The notes under the pieces: generated by a model
What the model was told of the DNA's origin: nothing
The model's database searches: none
Seen by the model: only the letters and a program-made list of their open reading frames with translations
Position numbers and translations under genes: made by a program
NCBI GenBank assembly: GCA_964016885.1
Contig: OZ024741.1
Span: forward strand, 401,140,001 to 401,204,000
Direction: 5' to 3'
Length of the DNA stretch: 64,000 nt
Origin: Eledone cirrhosa
Lineage: Eukaryota
Part shown: positions 12,781 to 26,600 of the stretch, piece after piece
Position numbering within the stretch: the first letter of the stretch is position 1
Layout of the letters: every line of letters begins with the position of its first letter

Positions 12781-14999
12781 AACAGTGAGTGTGTTTTACT
12801 ATTTGTGGCAATATTATAACCATATGACCCTCCCCAAACAGTGAGTTTGTTTTACTATTTTTGGCAATATTATAACAATATGACCCTCCCCAAAGAGTGA
12901 GTGTGTTTTACTATTTTTGGCAATATTTTAACAATATGAGCCTACCCAAACAGTGAGTGTGTTTTACTACTTTTGCTAATATTATAACAATATGTCCTTC
13001 CTCAAACAGTGAGTGTGTTTTACTATTTTTCGCAATATTATAACAATATGACCCTCCCCAGACAGTGAGTGTGTTTTAGTATTTTTGGCAATATTATAAC
13101 AATATGACCCTCCCGAAACAGTGAGTGTGCTTTACTATTTTTGGTTATATTATAACAATATGACTCTCCACAAACGGTGAGTGTGTTTTACTATTTTTGG
13201 CAATATTATAACAATATGACCCTCCCCAAACAGTGAGTTTGTTTTACTATTTTTCGCAATATTATAACAATATGACTCTCCCCAAACAGTGAGTGTGTTT
13301 TACTATTTTTGGTTATATTATAACAATATGACTCTCCACAAACAGTGAGTGCGTTTTACTATTTTTGGCAATATTATAACAATATGACTCTCCGCAACTA
13401 GTGAGTGTATTTTACTATTCTTGGCAATATTAGGGCAACATGACCCTCCCCAAACAGTGAATGTGTTTTACTATATTTGGCAATATTATAACAATATGAA
13501 ACTCCCCAATCAGTAAGTGTGTTTAACTATTTTTTGCAATATAATAACAATATGACCCACCACAAACAGTGAGTGTGTTTTACTATTTTTGGCAATATTA
13601 TAACAATATGACCCTCCCCAAACAGTGAGTTTGTTTTACTATTTTTCGCAATATTATAACAATATGACTCTCCCCAAACAGTGAGTGTGTTTTACTATTT
13701 TTGGTTATATTATAACAATATGACTCTCCACAAACAGTGAGTGCGTTTTACTATTTTTGGCAATATTACAACAGTATGACCCTCCCCAAACAGTGAGTGT
13801 GTTTTACTATTTTTGGCAATATTATAACAATATGACCCTCCCCAAACAGTGAATGTGTTTTACTATTTTTGGCAATATTATAACAATATGACCCTACCCA
13901 AACAGTGAGTGTGTTTTTCTATTTTTGGCAATATTATAACAATATGACCCTCCCCAAACAGTGAGTTTGTTTTACTATTTTTGGCAATATTATAACAATA
14001 TGACCCGCCCCAAACAGTGAGTGTGTTTTACTTGTTTTCGCAATATTATAATAATATGACTCTCCCCAAACAGTGAGTGTGTTTTACTATTTTTGGCAAT
14101 ATTATAACAATATGACCCTCCCCAAACAGTGAGTGTGTTTTACTATTTTTCGCAATATTATAACAATATGCCTCTCCCCAAACAGTGAGTGTGTTTTAGT
14201 ATTTTTGGCAATATTATAACAACATGACCCTCCCCAAACAGTGAGTGTGTTTTACTATTTTTAGTAATATTATAATAAAATGACCTTACACAAACAGTGA
14301 GTGTGATTTACTATTTTTGGCAATATTATAAACATATGACCCTCCCCAAACAGAGAGTGTGTTTTAATATTTTTGGCAACATTATAACAATATGTCCCTA
14401 CACAAACAGTGAGTGTGTTTTACTATTTTTGGCAATATTATAACCATATGACCCTCCCCAAACAGTGAGTGTGTTTTACTATTTTTGGCAATATTATAAC
14501 AATATGAGCCTACCCAAACAGTGAGTGTGTTTTACTATTGTTGGTAATATTATAACAATATGACCCTCCCAAAACAGTGAGTGTGTTTTACTATTTTTGG
14601 CAATATTATAACAATATGACTCTCCTTAAACAGTGAGTGTGTTTTACTATTTTTGGCAATATTATGACAATATGACCCTACACAAACAGTGAGTGTGTTT
14701 GACTATTTTTGCAATATTACAACAATATGACCCTCCCCAAACAGTGTGTGTATTTTACTTGTTTTCACAATATTATAACAATATGACTCTCCCCAAACAG
14801 TGAGTGTGTTTTAGTATTTTTGGCAATATTATAACAATATGACCCTCCCCAAACAGTGAGTGTGTTTTACTATTTTTAGTAATGTTATAATAATATCACC
14901 TTACATAAACAGTGAGTGTGATTTACTATTTTTGGCAATATTATAAACATATGACCCTCCCCAAACAGTGAGTTTGTTTTACTATTTTTGGCAATATTA

Positions 15000-17900
15000 T
15001 AACAATATGACCCTCCCCAAACAGTGAGTGTGTTTTACTATTTTTGGTAATATTATAACAATATGTCCCTACACAAACAGTGAGTGTGTTTTACTATTTG
15101 TGGCAATATTATAACCATATGACCCTCACCAAACAGTGAGTTTGTTTTACTATTTTTGGCAATATTATAACAATATGCCCCTCCCCAAACAGTGAGTGTG
15201 TTTTACTATTTTTGGCAATATTATAACAATATGAGCCTACCCAAACAGTGAGTGTGTTTTACTATTTTTGCTAATATTATAACAATATGTCCCTCCTCAA
15301 ACAGTGAGTGTGTTTTACAATTTTTGGCAATATTATAACAATATGACCCTCCCCAGACAGTGAGTGTGTTTTAGTATTTTTGGCAATATTATAACAATAT
15401 AACCCTCCCCAAACAGTGAGTGTGTTTTACTATTTTTGTCAATATTATAACAATAGGACCCTCCCCAAACAGTGAGTGTGTTTTACTATTTTTGGCAATA
15501 TTATAACAATATGACACTCCCGAAAGAGTGAGTGTGCTTTACTATTTTTGGCAATATTATAACAATATGACTCTCCTTAAACAGTGAGTGTGTTTTACTA
15601 TTTTTGGCAATATTAGGGCAACATGACCCTCCCCAAACAGTGAGTGTCTTTTACTATTTTTGGCAATATTATAACAATATGACCCTCCCCAATCAGTGAG
15701 TGTGTTTAACTATTTATTGCAATATAATAACAATATGACCCTCCACAATCAGTGAGTGTGTTTTAGTATTTTTGGCAATATTATAACAATGTGACCCTCC
15801 CCAATCAGTGAGTGTGTTTAACTATTTATTGCAATATAACAACAATATGACCCTCCACAAACAGTGAGTGTGTTTTAGTATTTTTGGCAATATTATAATG
15901 ATATGACGTTACCCAAACAGTGAGTGTGTTTTACTATTTTTGGCAATATTGTAACAATATGACCCTCCCCAAACAGTGAGTTTGTTTTACTATTTTTGGC
16001 AATATTATAACAGTATGACCTTCCCCAAACAGTGAGTGTGTTTAACTATTTTTTGCAATATAATAACAATAAGACCCTCCCCAAACAGTGAGTGTGTTTT
16101 ACTATTTTTGGCAATATTATAACAATATGACCCTACCCAAACAGTGAGTGTGTTTTACTATTTTTGGCAATATTATAACAATATGACCCTCCCCAAACGG
16201 TGAGTGTGTTTTACTATTTTTGGTTATATTATAACAATATGACTCTCCCCAAACAGTGAGTGTGTTTTACTATTTTTGGCAATATTATAACAGTATGACC
16301 CTCCCCAAACAGTGTGTGTGTTTAACTATTTTTTGCAATATAATAACAATAAGACCCTCCCCAAACAGTGAGTGTGTTTTACTATTTTTGGCAATATTAT
16401 AACAATATGACTCTCCTTAAACAGTGAGTGTGTTTTACTATTTTTGGCAATATTATGACAATATGACCCTACACAAACAGTGAGTGTGTTTGACTATTTT
16501 TGGCAATATTATAACAATATGACCCTCCCCAAACAGTGTGTGTGTTTTACTTGTTTTCGCAATATTATAATAATATGACTCTCCCCAAACAGTGAGTGTA
16601 TTTTACAATTTTTGGCGATATTATAACAATATGACCCTCCCCAAACAGTGAGTGTGTTTTACTATTTTGGGAAATATTATAACCATATCACCCTCCCCAA
16701 ACAGTGAGTGTGTTTTACTATTTTTCACAATATTATAACAATATGACTCTCCCCAAACAGTGAGTGTGTTTTAGTATTTTTGGCAATATTATAAGAATAT
16801 GACCCTCCCCAAACAGTGAGTGTGATTTACTATTTTTGGCAATATTATAAAGATATGACCCTCCCCAAACAGTGAGTTTGTTTTACTATTTTTGGCAATA
16901 TTATAACAATATGACGCTCCCCAAACAGTGAGTGTGTTTTACTATTTTTGGCAATATTATAACAATATGAGCCTACCCAAACAGTGAGTGTGTTTTACTA
17001 TTTTTGGTAATATTATAACAATATGACCCTACACAAACAGTGAGTGTGTTTTACTATTTGTGGCAATATTATAACCATATGACCCTCCCCAAACAGTGAG
17101 TTTGTTTTACTATTTTTGGCAATATTATAACAATATGACCCTCCCCAAACAGTGAGTGTGTTTTACTATTTTTGGCAATATTATAACAATATGAGCCTAC
17201 CCAAACAGTGAGTGTGTTTTACTATTTTTGCTAATATTATAACAATATGTCCCTCCTCAAACAGTGAGTGTGTTTTACTATTTTTGGCAATATTATAACA
17301 ATATGACCCCCCCCCCCCAGACAGTGAGTGTGTTTTAGTATTTTTGGCAATATTATAACAATATAACCCTACCCAAACAGTGAGTGTGTTTTACTATTTG
17401 TGGCAATATTATAACAATATGACCCTCCCCAAACAGTCAGTGTGTTTTACTATTTTTGGCAATATTATAACAATATGACCCTCCCCAGACAGTGAGTGTG
17501 TTTTAGTATTTTTGGCAATATTATAACAATATGACCCTCCCCAAACAGTGAGTCTGTTTTACTATTTTTGGCAATATTATAACAGTAGGACCCTCCACAA
17601 ACAGTGAGTGTGTTTTACTATTTTTGGCAATATTATAACAATATGACCCTCCCGAAACAGTGAGTGTGCTTTACTATTTTTGGTTATATTATAACAATAT
17701 GACTCTCCACAAACAGTGAGTGTGTTTTACTATTTTTGGCAATATTATAACAATATGACCCTCCCCAAACAGTGAGTTTGTTTTACTATTTTTCGCAATA
17801 TTATAACAATATGACTCTCCCCAAACAGTGAGTGTGTTTTACTATTTTTGGTTATATTATAACAATATGACTCTCCACAAACAGTGAGTGCGTTTTACTA

Positions 17901-19450
17901 TTTTTGGCAATATTATAACAGTATGACCCTCCCCAAACAGTGAGTGTGTTTTACTATTTTTGGCAATATTATAACAATATGACCCTCCCCAAACAGTGAG
18001 TGTGCTTTACTATTTTTGGCAATTTTATAACAATATGACCCTCCCGAAACAGTGAGTGTGCTTTACTATTTTTGGCAATATTATAACAATATGACTCTCC
18101 TTAAACAGTGAGTGTGTTTTACTATTTTTGGCAATATTATGACAATATGACCCTACACAAAAAGGGATTTATTTTTACTATTTTTGGCAATATTATAACA
18201 ATATGACTCTCCGCAACTAGTGAGTGTATTTTACTATTCTTGGCAATATTAAGGCAACATGACCCTCCCCAAACAGTGAATGTGTTTTACTATATTTGGC
18301 AATATTATAACAATATGACCCTCCCCAATCAGTAAGTGTGTTTAACTATTTTTTGCAATATAATAACAATATGACCCACCACAAACAGTGAGTGTGTTTT
18401 AGTATTTTTGGCAATATTATAATAATATGACGCTACCCAAACAGTGAGTTTGTTTTACTATTTTTGGCAATATTATAACAATATGACCCTCCCCAAACAG
18501 TGAGTGTGTTTTACTATTTTTGGCAATATTATAACAATATGAGCCTACCCAAACAGTGAGTGTGTTTTACTATTTTTGGTAATATTATAACAATATGTCC
18601 CTACACAAACAGTGAGTGTGTTTTACTATTTGTGGCAATATTATAACCATATGACCCTCACCAAACAGTGAGTTTGTTTTACTATTTTTGGCAATATTAT
18701 AACAATATGACCCTCCCCAAACAGTGAGTGTGTTTTACTATTTTTGGCAATATTATAACAATATGAGCCTACCCAAACAGTGAGTGTGTTTTACTATTTT
18801 TGCTAATATTATAACAATATGTCCCTCCTCAAACAGTGAGTGTGTTTTACAATTTTTGGCAATATTATAACAATATGACCCTCCCCAGACAGTGAGTGTG
18901 TTTTAGTATTTTTGGCAATATTATAACAATATAACCCTCCCCAAACAGTGAGTGTGTTTTACTATTTTTGGCAATATTATAACAATAGGACCCTCCCCAA
19001 ACAGTGAGTGTGTTTTACTATTTTTGGCAATATTATAACAATATGACACTCCCGAAAGAGTGAGTGTGCTTTACTATTTTTGGCAATATTATAACAATAT
19101 GACTCTCCTTAAACAGTGAGTGTGTTTTACTATTTTTGGCAATATTAGGGCAACATGACCCTCCCCAAACAGTGAGTGTCTTTTACTATTTTTGGCAATA
19201 TTATAACAATATGACCCTCCCCAATCAGTGAGTGTGTTTAACTATTTATTGCAATATAATAACAATATGACCCTCCACAATCAGTGAGTGTGTTTTAGTA
19301 TTTTTGGCAATATTATAACAATGTGACCCTCCCCAATCAGTGAGTGTGTTTAACTATTTATTGCAATATAACAACAATATGACCCTCGACAAACAGTGAG
19401 TATGTTTTAGTATTTTTGGCAATATTATAATAATATGACGCTACCCAAAC
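15000..19450 (+). repeat. Non-adjacent duplicated block of about 0.9 kb (about 15.0-15.9 kb copied at about 18.55-19.45 kb), offset 3532
   Basis: GACCCTCACC 15121/18653 and ATGACACTCCCGAAAGAG 15511/19043; 3532 = 63x56+4, the +4 being the C12 expansion at 17307. Confidence 0.8.
17307..17318 (+). repeat. Poly-C tract (C12) replacing CCCTCCCC
   Basis: ATATGA-C12-AGACAG. Confidence 0.9.
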
Positions 19451-20520
19451 AGTGAGTGTGTTTTACTATTTTTGGCAATATTATAACAATATGACCCTCC
19501 CCAAACAGTCAGTGTGTTTTACTATTTTTGGCAATATTATAACAATATGACCCTCCCCAGACAGTGAGTGTGTTTTAGTATTTTTGGCAATATTATAACA
19601 ATATGACCCTCCCCAAACAGTGAGTCTGTTTTACTATTTTTGGCAATATTATAACAGTAGGACCCTCCACAAACAGTGAGTGTGTTTTACTATTTTTGGC
19701 AATATTATAACAATATGACCCTCCCGAAACAGTGAGTGTGCTTTACTATTTTTGGTTATATTATAACAATATGACTCTCCACAAACAGTGAGTGTGTTTT
19801 ACTATTTTTGGCAATATTATAACAATATGACCCTCCCCAAACAGTGAGTTTGTTTTACTATTTTTCGCAATATTATAACAATATGACTCTCCCCAAACAG
19901 TGAGTGTGTTTTACTATTTTTGGTTATATTATAACAATATGACTCTCCACAAACAGTGAGTGCGTTTTACTATTTTTGGCAATATTATAACAGTATGACC
20001 CTCCCCAAACAGTGAGTGTGTTTTACTATTTTTGGCAATATTACAACAATATGACCCTCCCCAAACAGTGAGTGTGCTTTACTATTTTTGGCAATATTAT
20101 AACAATATGACCCTCCCGAAACAGTGAGTGTGCTTTACGATTTTTGGCAATATTATAACAATATGACTCTCCTTAAACAGTGAGTGTGTTTTACTATTTT
20201 TGGCAATATTATGACAATATGACCCTACACAAAAAGGGATTTATTTTTACTATTTTTGGCAATATTATAACAATATGACTCTCCACAACTAGTGAGTGTA
20301 TTTTACTATTCTTGGCAATATTAAGGCAACATGACCCTCCCCAAACAGTGAATGTGTTTTACTATATTTGGCAATATTATAACAATATGACCCTCCCCAA
20401 TCAGTAAGTGTGTTTAACTATTTTTTGCAATATAATAACAATATGACCCACCACAAACAGTGAGTGTGTTTTAGTATTTTTGGCAATATTATAATAATAT
20501 GACGCTACCCAAACAGTGAG
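17410..20520 (+). repeat. Duplicated block of about 1 kb (about 17.4-18.45 kb copied at about 19.5-20.5 kb), offset 2072 = 37 monomers
   Basis: AACAGTAGGA 17581/19653, AAAGGGATTT 18161/20233, AAGGCAACAT 18251/20323. Confidence 0.85.
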
Positions 20521-20699
20521 TGTGTTTTACTATTTTTGGCAATATTATAACAATATGACCCTCCCCAAACAGTGAGTTTGTTTTACTATTTTTCGCAATA
20601 TTATAACAATATGACTCTCCCCAAACAGTGAGTGTGTTTTACTATTTTTGGTTATATTATAACAAAATGACTCTCCACAAACAGTGAGTGCGTTTTACT

Positions 20700-23600
20700 A
20701 TTTTTGGCAATATTATAACAGTATGACCCGCCCCAAACAGTGAGTGTGTTTTACTATTTTTGGCAATATTATAACAATATGACCCTCCCCAAACAGTGAG
20801 TGTGTTTTACTATTTTTGGCAATATTATAACAATATGACCCTACCCAAACAGTGAGTGTGTTTTTCTATTTTTGGCAATATTATAACAATATGACCCTCC
20901 CCAAACAGTGAGTTTGTTTTACTATTTTTGGCAATATTATAACAATATGACCCGCCCCAAACAGTGAGTGTGTTTTACTATTTTTGGCAATATTATAACC
21001 ATATGACCCTCCCCAAACAGTGAGTGTGTTTTACTATTTTTGGCAATATTATAACAATATGACCCTCCCCAAACAGTGAGTGTGTTTTACTATTTTTGGC
21101 AATATTATAACAATATGACCCTCCCAAAACAGTGAGTGTGTTTTACTATTTTTGGCAATATTATAACAATATGACTCTCCTTAAACAGTGAGTGTGTTTT
21201 ACTATTTTTGGCAATATTATGACAATATGACCCGACACAAACAGTGAGTCTGTTTGACTATTTTGGGAAATATTATAACCATATGACCTTCCCCAAACAG
21301 TGAGTGTGTTTTACTATTTTTCGCAATATTATAACAATATGACTCTCCCCAATCAGTGAGTGTGTTTTAGTATTTTTGGCAATATTATAACAATATGACC
21401 CTCCCCAAATAGTGAGTGTGTTTTACTATTTTTAGTAATATTATAATAAAATGACCTTACACAAACAGTGAGTGTGATTTACTATTTTTGGCAATATTAT
21501 AACAATATGACCCTCCCCAGACAGTGAGTGTGTTTTAGTATTTTTGGCAATATTATAACAATATAACCCTCCCCAAACAGTGAGTGTGTTTTACTATTTT
21601 TGGCAATATTATAACAATAGGACCCTCCACAAACAGTGAGTGTGTTTTACTATTTTTGGCAATATTATGTCAATATGACCCTCCCGAAACAGTGAGTGTG
21701 CTTTACTATTTTTGGCAATATTATAACAATATGACTCTCCTTAAACAGTGAGTGTGTTTTACTATTTTTGGCAATATTAGGGCAACATGACCCTCCCCAA
21801 ACAGTGAGTGTCTTTTACTATTTTTGGCAATATTATAACAATATGACCCTCACCAAACGGTGAGCGTGTTTTACTATTTTTGGCAATATTATGACAATAT
21901 GACCCTACACAAAAAGGGAGTGTTTTTTACTATTTTTGCCAATATTATAACAATATGACTCCGCAACTAGTGAGTGTATTTTACTATTCTTGGCAATATT
22001 AGGGCAACATGACCCTCCCCAAACAGTGAATGTGTTTTACTATTTTTGGCAATATTATAACAATATGACCCTCCCCAATCAGTGAGAGTGTTTAACTATT
22101 TTTTGCAATATAATAACAATATGACCCTCCACAAACAGTGAGTGTGTTTTAGTATTTTTGGCAATATTATAATAATATGACGCTACCCAAACAGTGAGTG
22201 TGTTTTACTATTTTTGGCAATATTATAACAATATGACCCTCCCCAAACAGTGAGTTTGTTTTACTATTATTCGCAATATTATAACAATATGACTCTCCCC
22301 AAACAATGAGTGTGTTTTACTATTTTTGGCAATATTATAACAATATGACCCTCCCGAAACAGTGAGTGTGCTTTACTATTTTTGGCAATATTATAACAAT
22401 ATGACTCTCCTTAAACAGTGAGTGTGTTTTACTATTTTTGGCAATATGAGGGCAACATGACCCTCCCCAAACAGTGACTGTCTTTTACTATTTTTGGCAA
22501 TATTATAACTATATGACCCTCCCCAAACGGTGAGCGTGTTTTACTATTTTTGGCAATATTATGACAATATGACCCTACACAAACAGTGAGTGTTTTTTAC
22601 TATTTTTGGCAATATTATAACAATATGACTCTCCGCAACTAGTGAGTGTATTTTACTATTCTTGGCAATATTAGGGCAACATGACCCTCCCCAAACAGTG
22701 AATGTGTTTTACTATTTTTGGCAATATTATAACAATATGACCCTCCCCAATCAGTGAGTGTGTTTAACTATTTATTGCAATATAATAAAAATATGACCCT
22801 CCACAAACAGTGAGTGTGTTTCAGTATTTTTGGCAATATTATAATAATATGACGCTACCCAAACAGTGAGTGTGTTTTACTATTTTTGGCAATATTATAA
22901 CAATATGAGCCTACCCAAACAGTGAGTTTGTTTTACTATTTTTCGCAATATTATAACAATATGACTCTCCCCGAACAGTGAGTGTGTTTTACAATTTTTG
23001 GTTATATTATAACAATATGACTCTCCCCAAACAGTGAGTGTGTTTTACTATTTTTGGCAATATTATAACAATATGACCCTCCCCAAACAGTGAGTGTGTT
23101 TTACTATTTTTGGCAATATTATAACCATATGACCCTCCCCAAACAGTGAGTGTGTTTTACTATTTTTGGTAATATTATAACAATATAACCCTCCCCAAAC
23201 AGTGAGTGTGTTTTACTATTTTTGGCAATATTATAACAATATGACCCTCCCCAAACAGTGAGTGTGTTTTACTATTTTTGGCAATATTATAAAAATATGA
23301 CCCTCCCCAAACAGTGAGTGTGTTTTACTATTTTTGGCAATATTATAACAATATGACTCTCCTTAAACAGTGAGTGTGTTTTACTATTTTTGGCAATATT
23401 ATGACAATATGACCCTACACAAATAGTGAGTGTGTTTTACTATTTTTGGCAATATTATAACAATATGTCCCTCCCCAAACAGTGTTTGTGTTTTACTTGT
23501 TTTCGCAATATTATAATAATATGACCCTCCCCAAACAGAGACTGTGTTTTAATATTTTTGGCAATATTATAACAATATGTCCCTACACAAACAGTGAGTG

Positions 23601-26600
23601 TGTTTTACTATTTTTGGCAATATTATAACCATATGTCCCTCCCCAAACAGTGAGTGTGTTTTAGTATTTTTGGCAATATTATAACAATACGACCCTCCCC
23701 AAACAGTGAGTGTGTTTTACTATTTTTGGTAATATTATAACAATATGACCCTACCCAAACTGTGAGTGTGTTTTACTGTTTTTGGCAATATTATAACAAT
23801 ATGTCCCTACACAAACAGTGAGTGTGTTTTACTATTTGTGGCAATATTATAACAATATGACCCTCCCCAAACAGTCAGTGTGTTTTACTATATTTGGCAA
23901 TATTAGGGCAACATGACCCTCCCCAAACAGTGAGTGTGTTTTAGTATTTTTGGCAATATTATAACAACATGACCCTCCCCAAACAGTGAGTGTGTTTTAC
24001 TATTTTTAGTAATATTATAATAAAATGACCTTACACAAACAGTGAGTGTGATTTACTATTTTTGGCAATATTATAAACATGTGACCCTCCCCAAACAGAG
24101 AGTGTGTTTTAATATTTTTGGCAATATTATAACAATATGTCCCTACACAAACAGTGAGTGTGTTTTACTATTTTTGGCAATATTATAACAATATGACCCT
24201 CCCCAAACAGTGAGTGTGTTTTACTATTTTTGGCAATATTATAACAATATGAGCCTACCCAAACAGTGAGTGTGTTTTACTATTTTTGGTAACATTATAA
24301 GAATATGACCCTCCCAAAACAGTGAGTGTGTTTTACTATTTTTGGCAATATTATAACAATATGACTCTCCTTAAACAGTGAGTGTGTTTTACTATTTTTG
24401 ACAATATTATGACAATATGACCCTACACAAACAGTGAGTGTGTTTGACTATTTTTGGCAATATTATAACAATATGACCCTCCCCAAACAGTGTGTGTGTT
24501 TTACTTGTTTTCGCAATATTATAATAATATGACTCTCCCCAAACAGTGAGTGTGTTTTACTATTTTTGGCGATATTATAACAATATGACCCTCCCCAAAC
24601 AGTGAGTGTGTTTTACTATTTTGGGAAATATTATAACCATATGACCCTCCCCAAACAGTGAGTGTGTTTTACTATTTTTCGCAATATTATAACAATATGA
24701 CTCTCCCCAAACAGTGAGTGTGTTTTAGTATTTTTGGCAATATTATAAACATATGACCCTCCCCAAACAGAGAGTGTGTTTTAATATTTTTGGCAATATT
24801 ATAACAATATGTCGCTACACAAACAGTTAGTGTGCTTTACTATTTTTGGCAATATTATAACAATATGACTCTCCTTAAACAGTGAGTGTGTTTTACTATT
24901 TTTGGCAATATTATAACCATATGACTCTCCCCAAACAGTGAGTGTCTTTTAGTATTTTTGGCAATATTATAACAATAAAACCCTCCCCAAACGGTGAGCG
25001 TGTTTTACTATTTTTGGCAATATTATGACAATATGACCCTACACAAACAGTGAGTGTTTTTTACTATTTTTGGCAATATTATAACAATATGACCCTCCCC
25101 AAAGAGTGAGTGTGTTTTACTATTTTTGGCAATATTATAACAGTATGACCCTCCCCAAACAGTGAGTGTGTTTTACTATTTTTGGCAATATTATAACAAT
25201 ATGACCCTCCCCAAACAGTGAGTGTGTTTTACTATTTTTGGCAATATTATAACAATATGACCCTACCCAAACAGTGAGTGTGTTTTTCTATTTTTGGCAA
25301 TATTATAACAATATGACCCTCCCCAAACAGTGAGTTTGTTTTACTATTTTTGGCAATATTATAACAATATGACCCGCCCCAAACAGTGAGTGTGTTTTAC
25401 TATTTTTGGCAATATTATAACCATATGACCCTCCCCAAACAGTGAGTGTGTTTTAGTATTTTTGGCAATATTATAACAATATAACCCTCCCCAAACAGTA
25501 AGTGTGTTTTACTATTTTTGGCAATATTATAACAATATGACCCTCCCCAAACAGTGAGTGTGTTTTACTATTTTTGGCAATATTATAACAATATGACCCT
25601 CCCAAAACAGTGAGTGTGTTTTACTATTTTTGGCAATATTATAACAATATGACTCTCCTTAAACAGTGAGTGTGTTTTACTATTTTTGGCAATATTATGA
25701 CAATATGACCCGACACAAACAGTGAGTGTGTTTGACTATTTTTGGCAATATCATAACAATATGACCCTCTCCAAACAGTGTGTGTGTTTTACTTGTTTTC
25801 GCAATATTATAATAATATGACTCTCCCCAAACAGTGAGTGTGTTTTACTATTTTTGGCGATATTATAACAATATGACCCTCCCCAAACAGTGAGTGTGTT
25901 TTACTATTTTGGGAAATATTATAACCATATGACCTTCCCCAAACAGTGAGTGTGTTTTACTATTTTTCGCAATATTATAACAATATGACCCTCCCCAAAT
26001 AGCGAGTGTGTTTTACTATTTTTAGTAATATTATAATAAAATGACCTTACACAAACAGTGAGTGTGATTTACTATTTTTGGCAATATTATAACAATATGA
26101 CCCTCCCCAGACAGTGAGTGTGTTTTAGTATTTTTGGCAATATTATAACAATATAACCCTCCCCAAACAGTGAGTGTGTTTTACTATTTTTGGCAATATT
26201 ATAACAATAGGACCCTCCACAAACAGTGAGTGTGTTTTACTATTTTTGGCAATATTATGTCAATATGACTCTCCCGAAACAGTGAGTGTTTTTTACTATT
26301 TTTGCCAATATTATAACAATATGACTCCGCAACTAGTGAGTGTATTTTACTATTCTTGGCAATATTAGGGCAACATGACCCTCCCCAAACAGTGAATGTG
26401 TTTTACTATTTTTGGCAATATTATAACAATATGACCCTCCCCAATCAGTGAGAGTGTTTAACTATTTTTTGCAATATAATAACAATATGACCCTCCACAA
26501 ACAGTGAGTGTGTTTTAGTATTTTTGGCAATATTATAATAATATGACGCTACCCAAACAGTGAGTGTGTTTTACTATTTTTGGCAATATTATAACAATAT

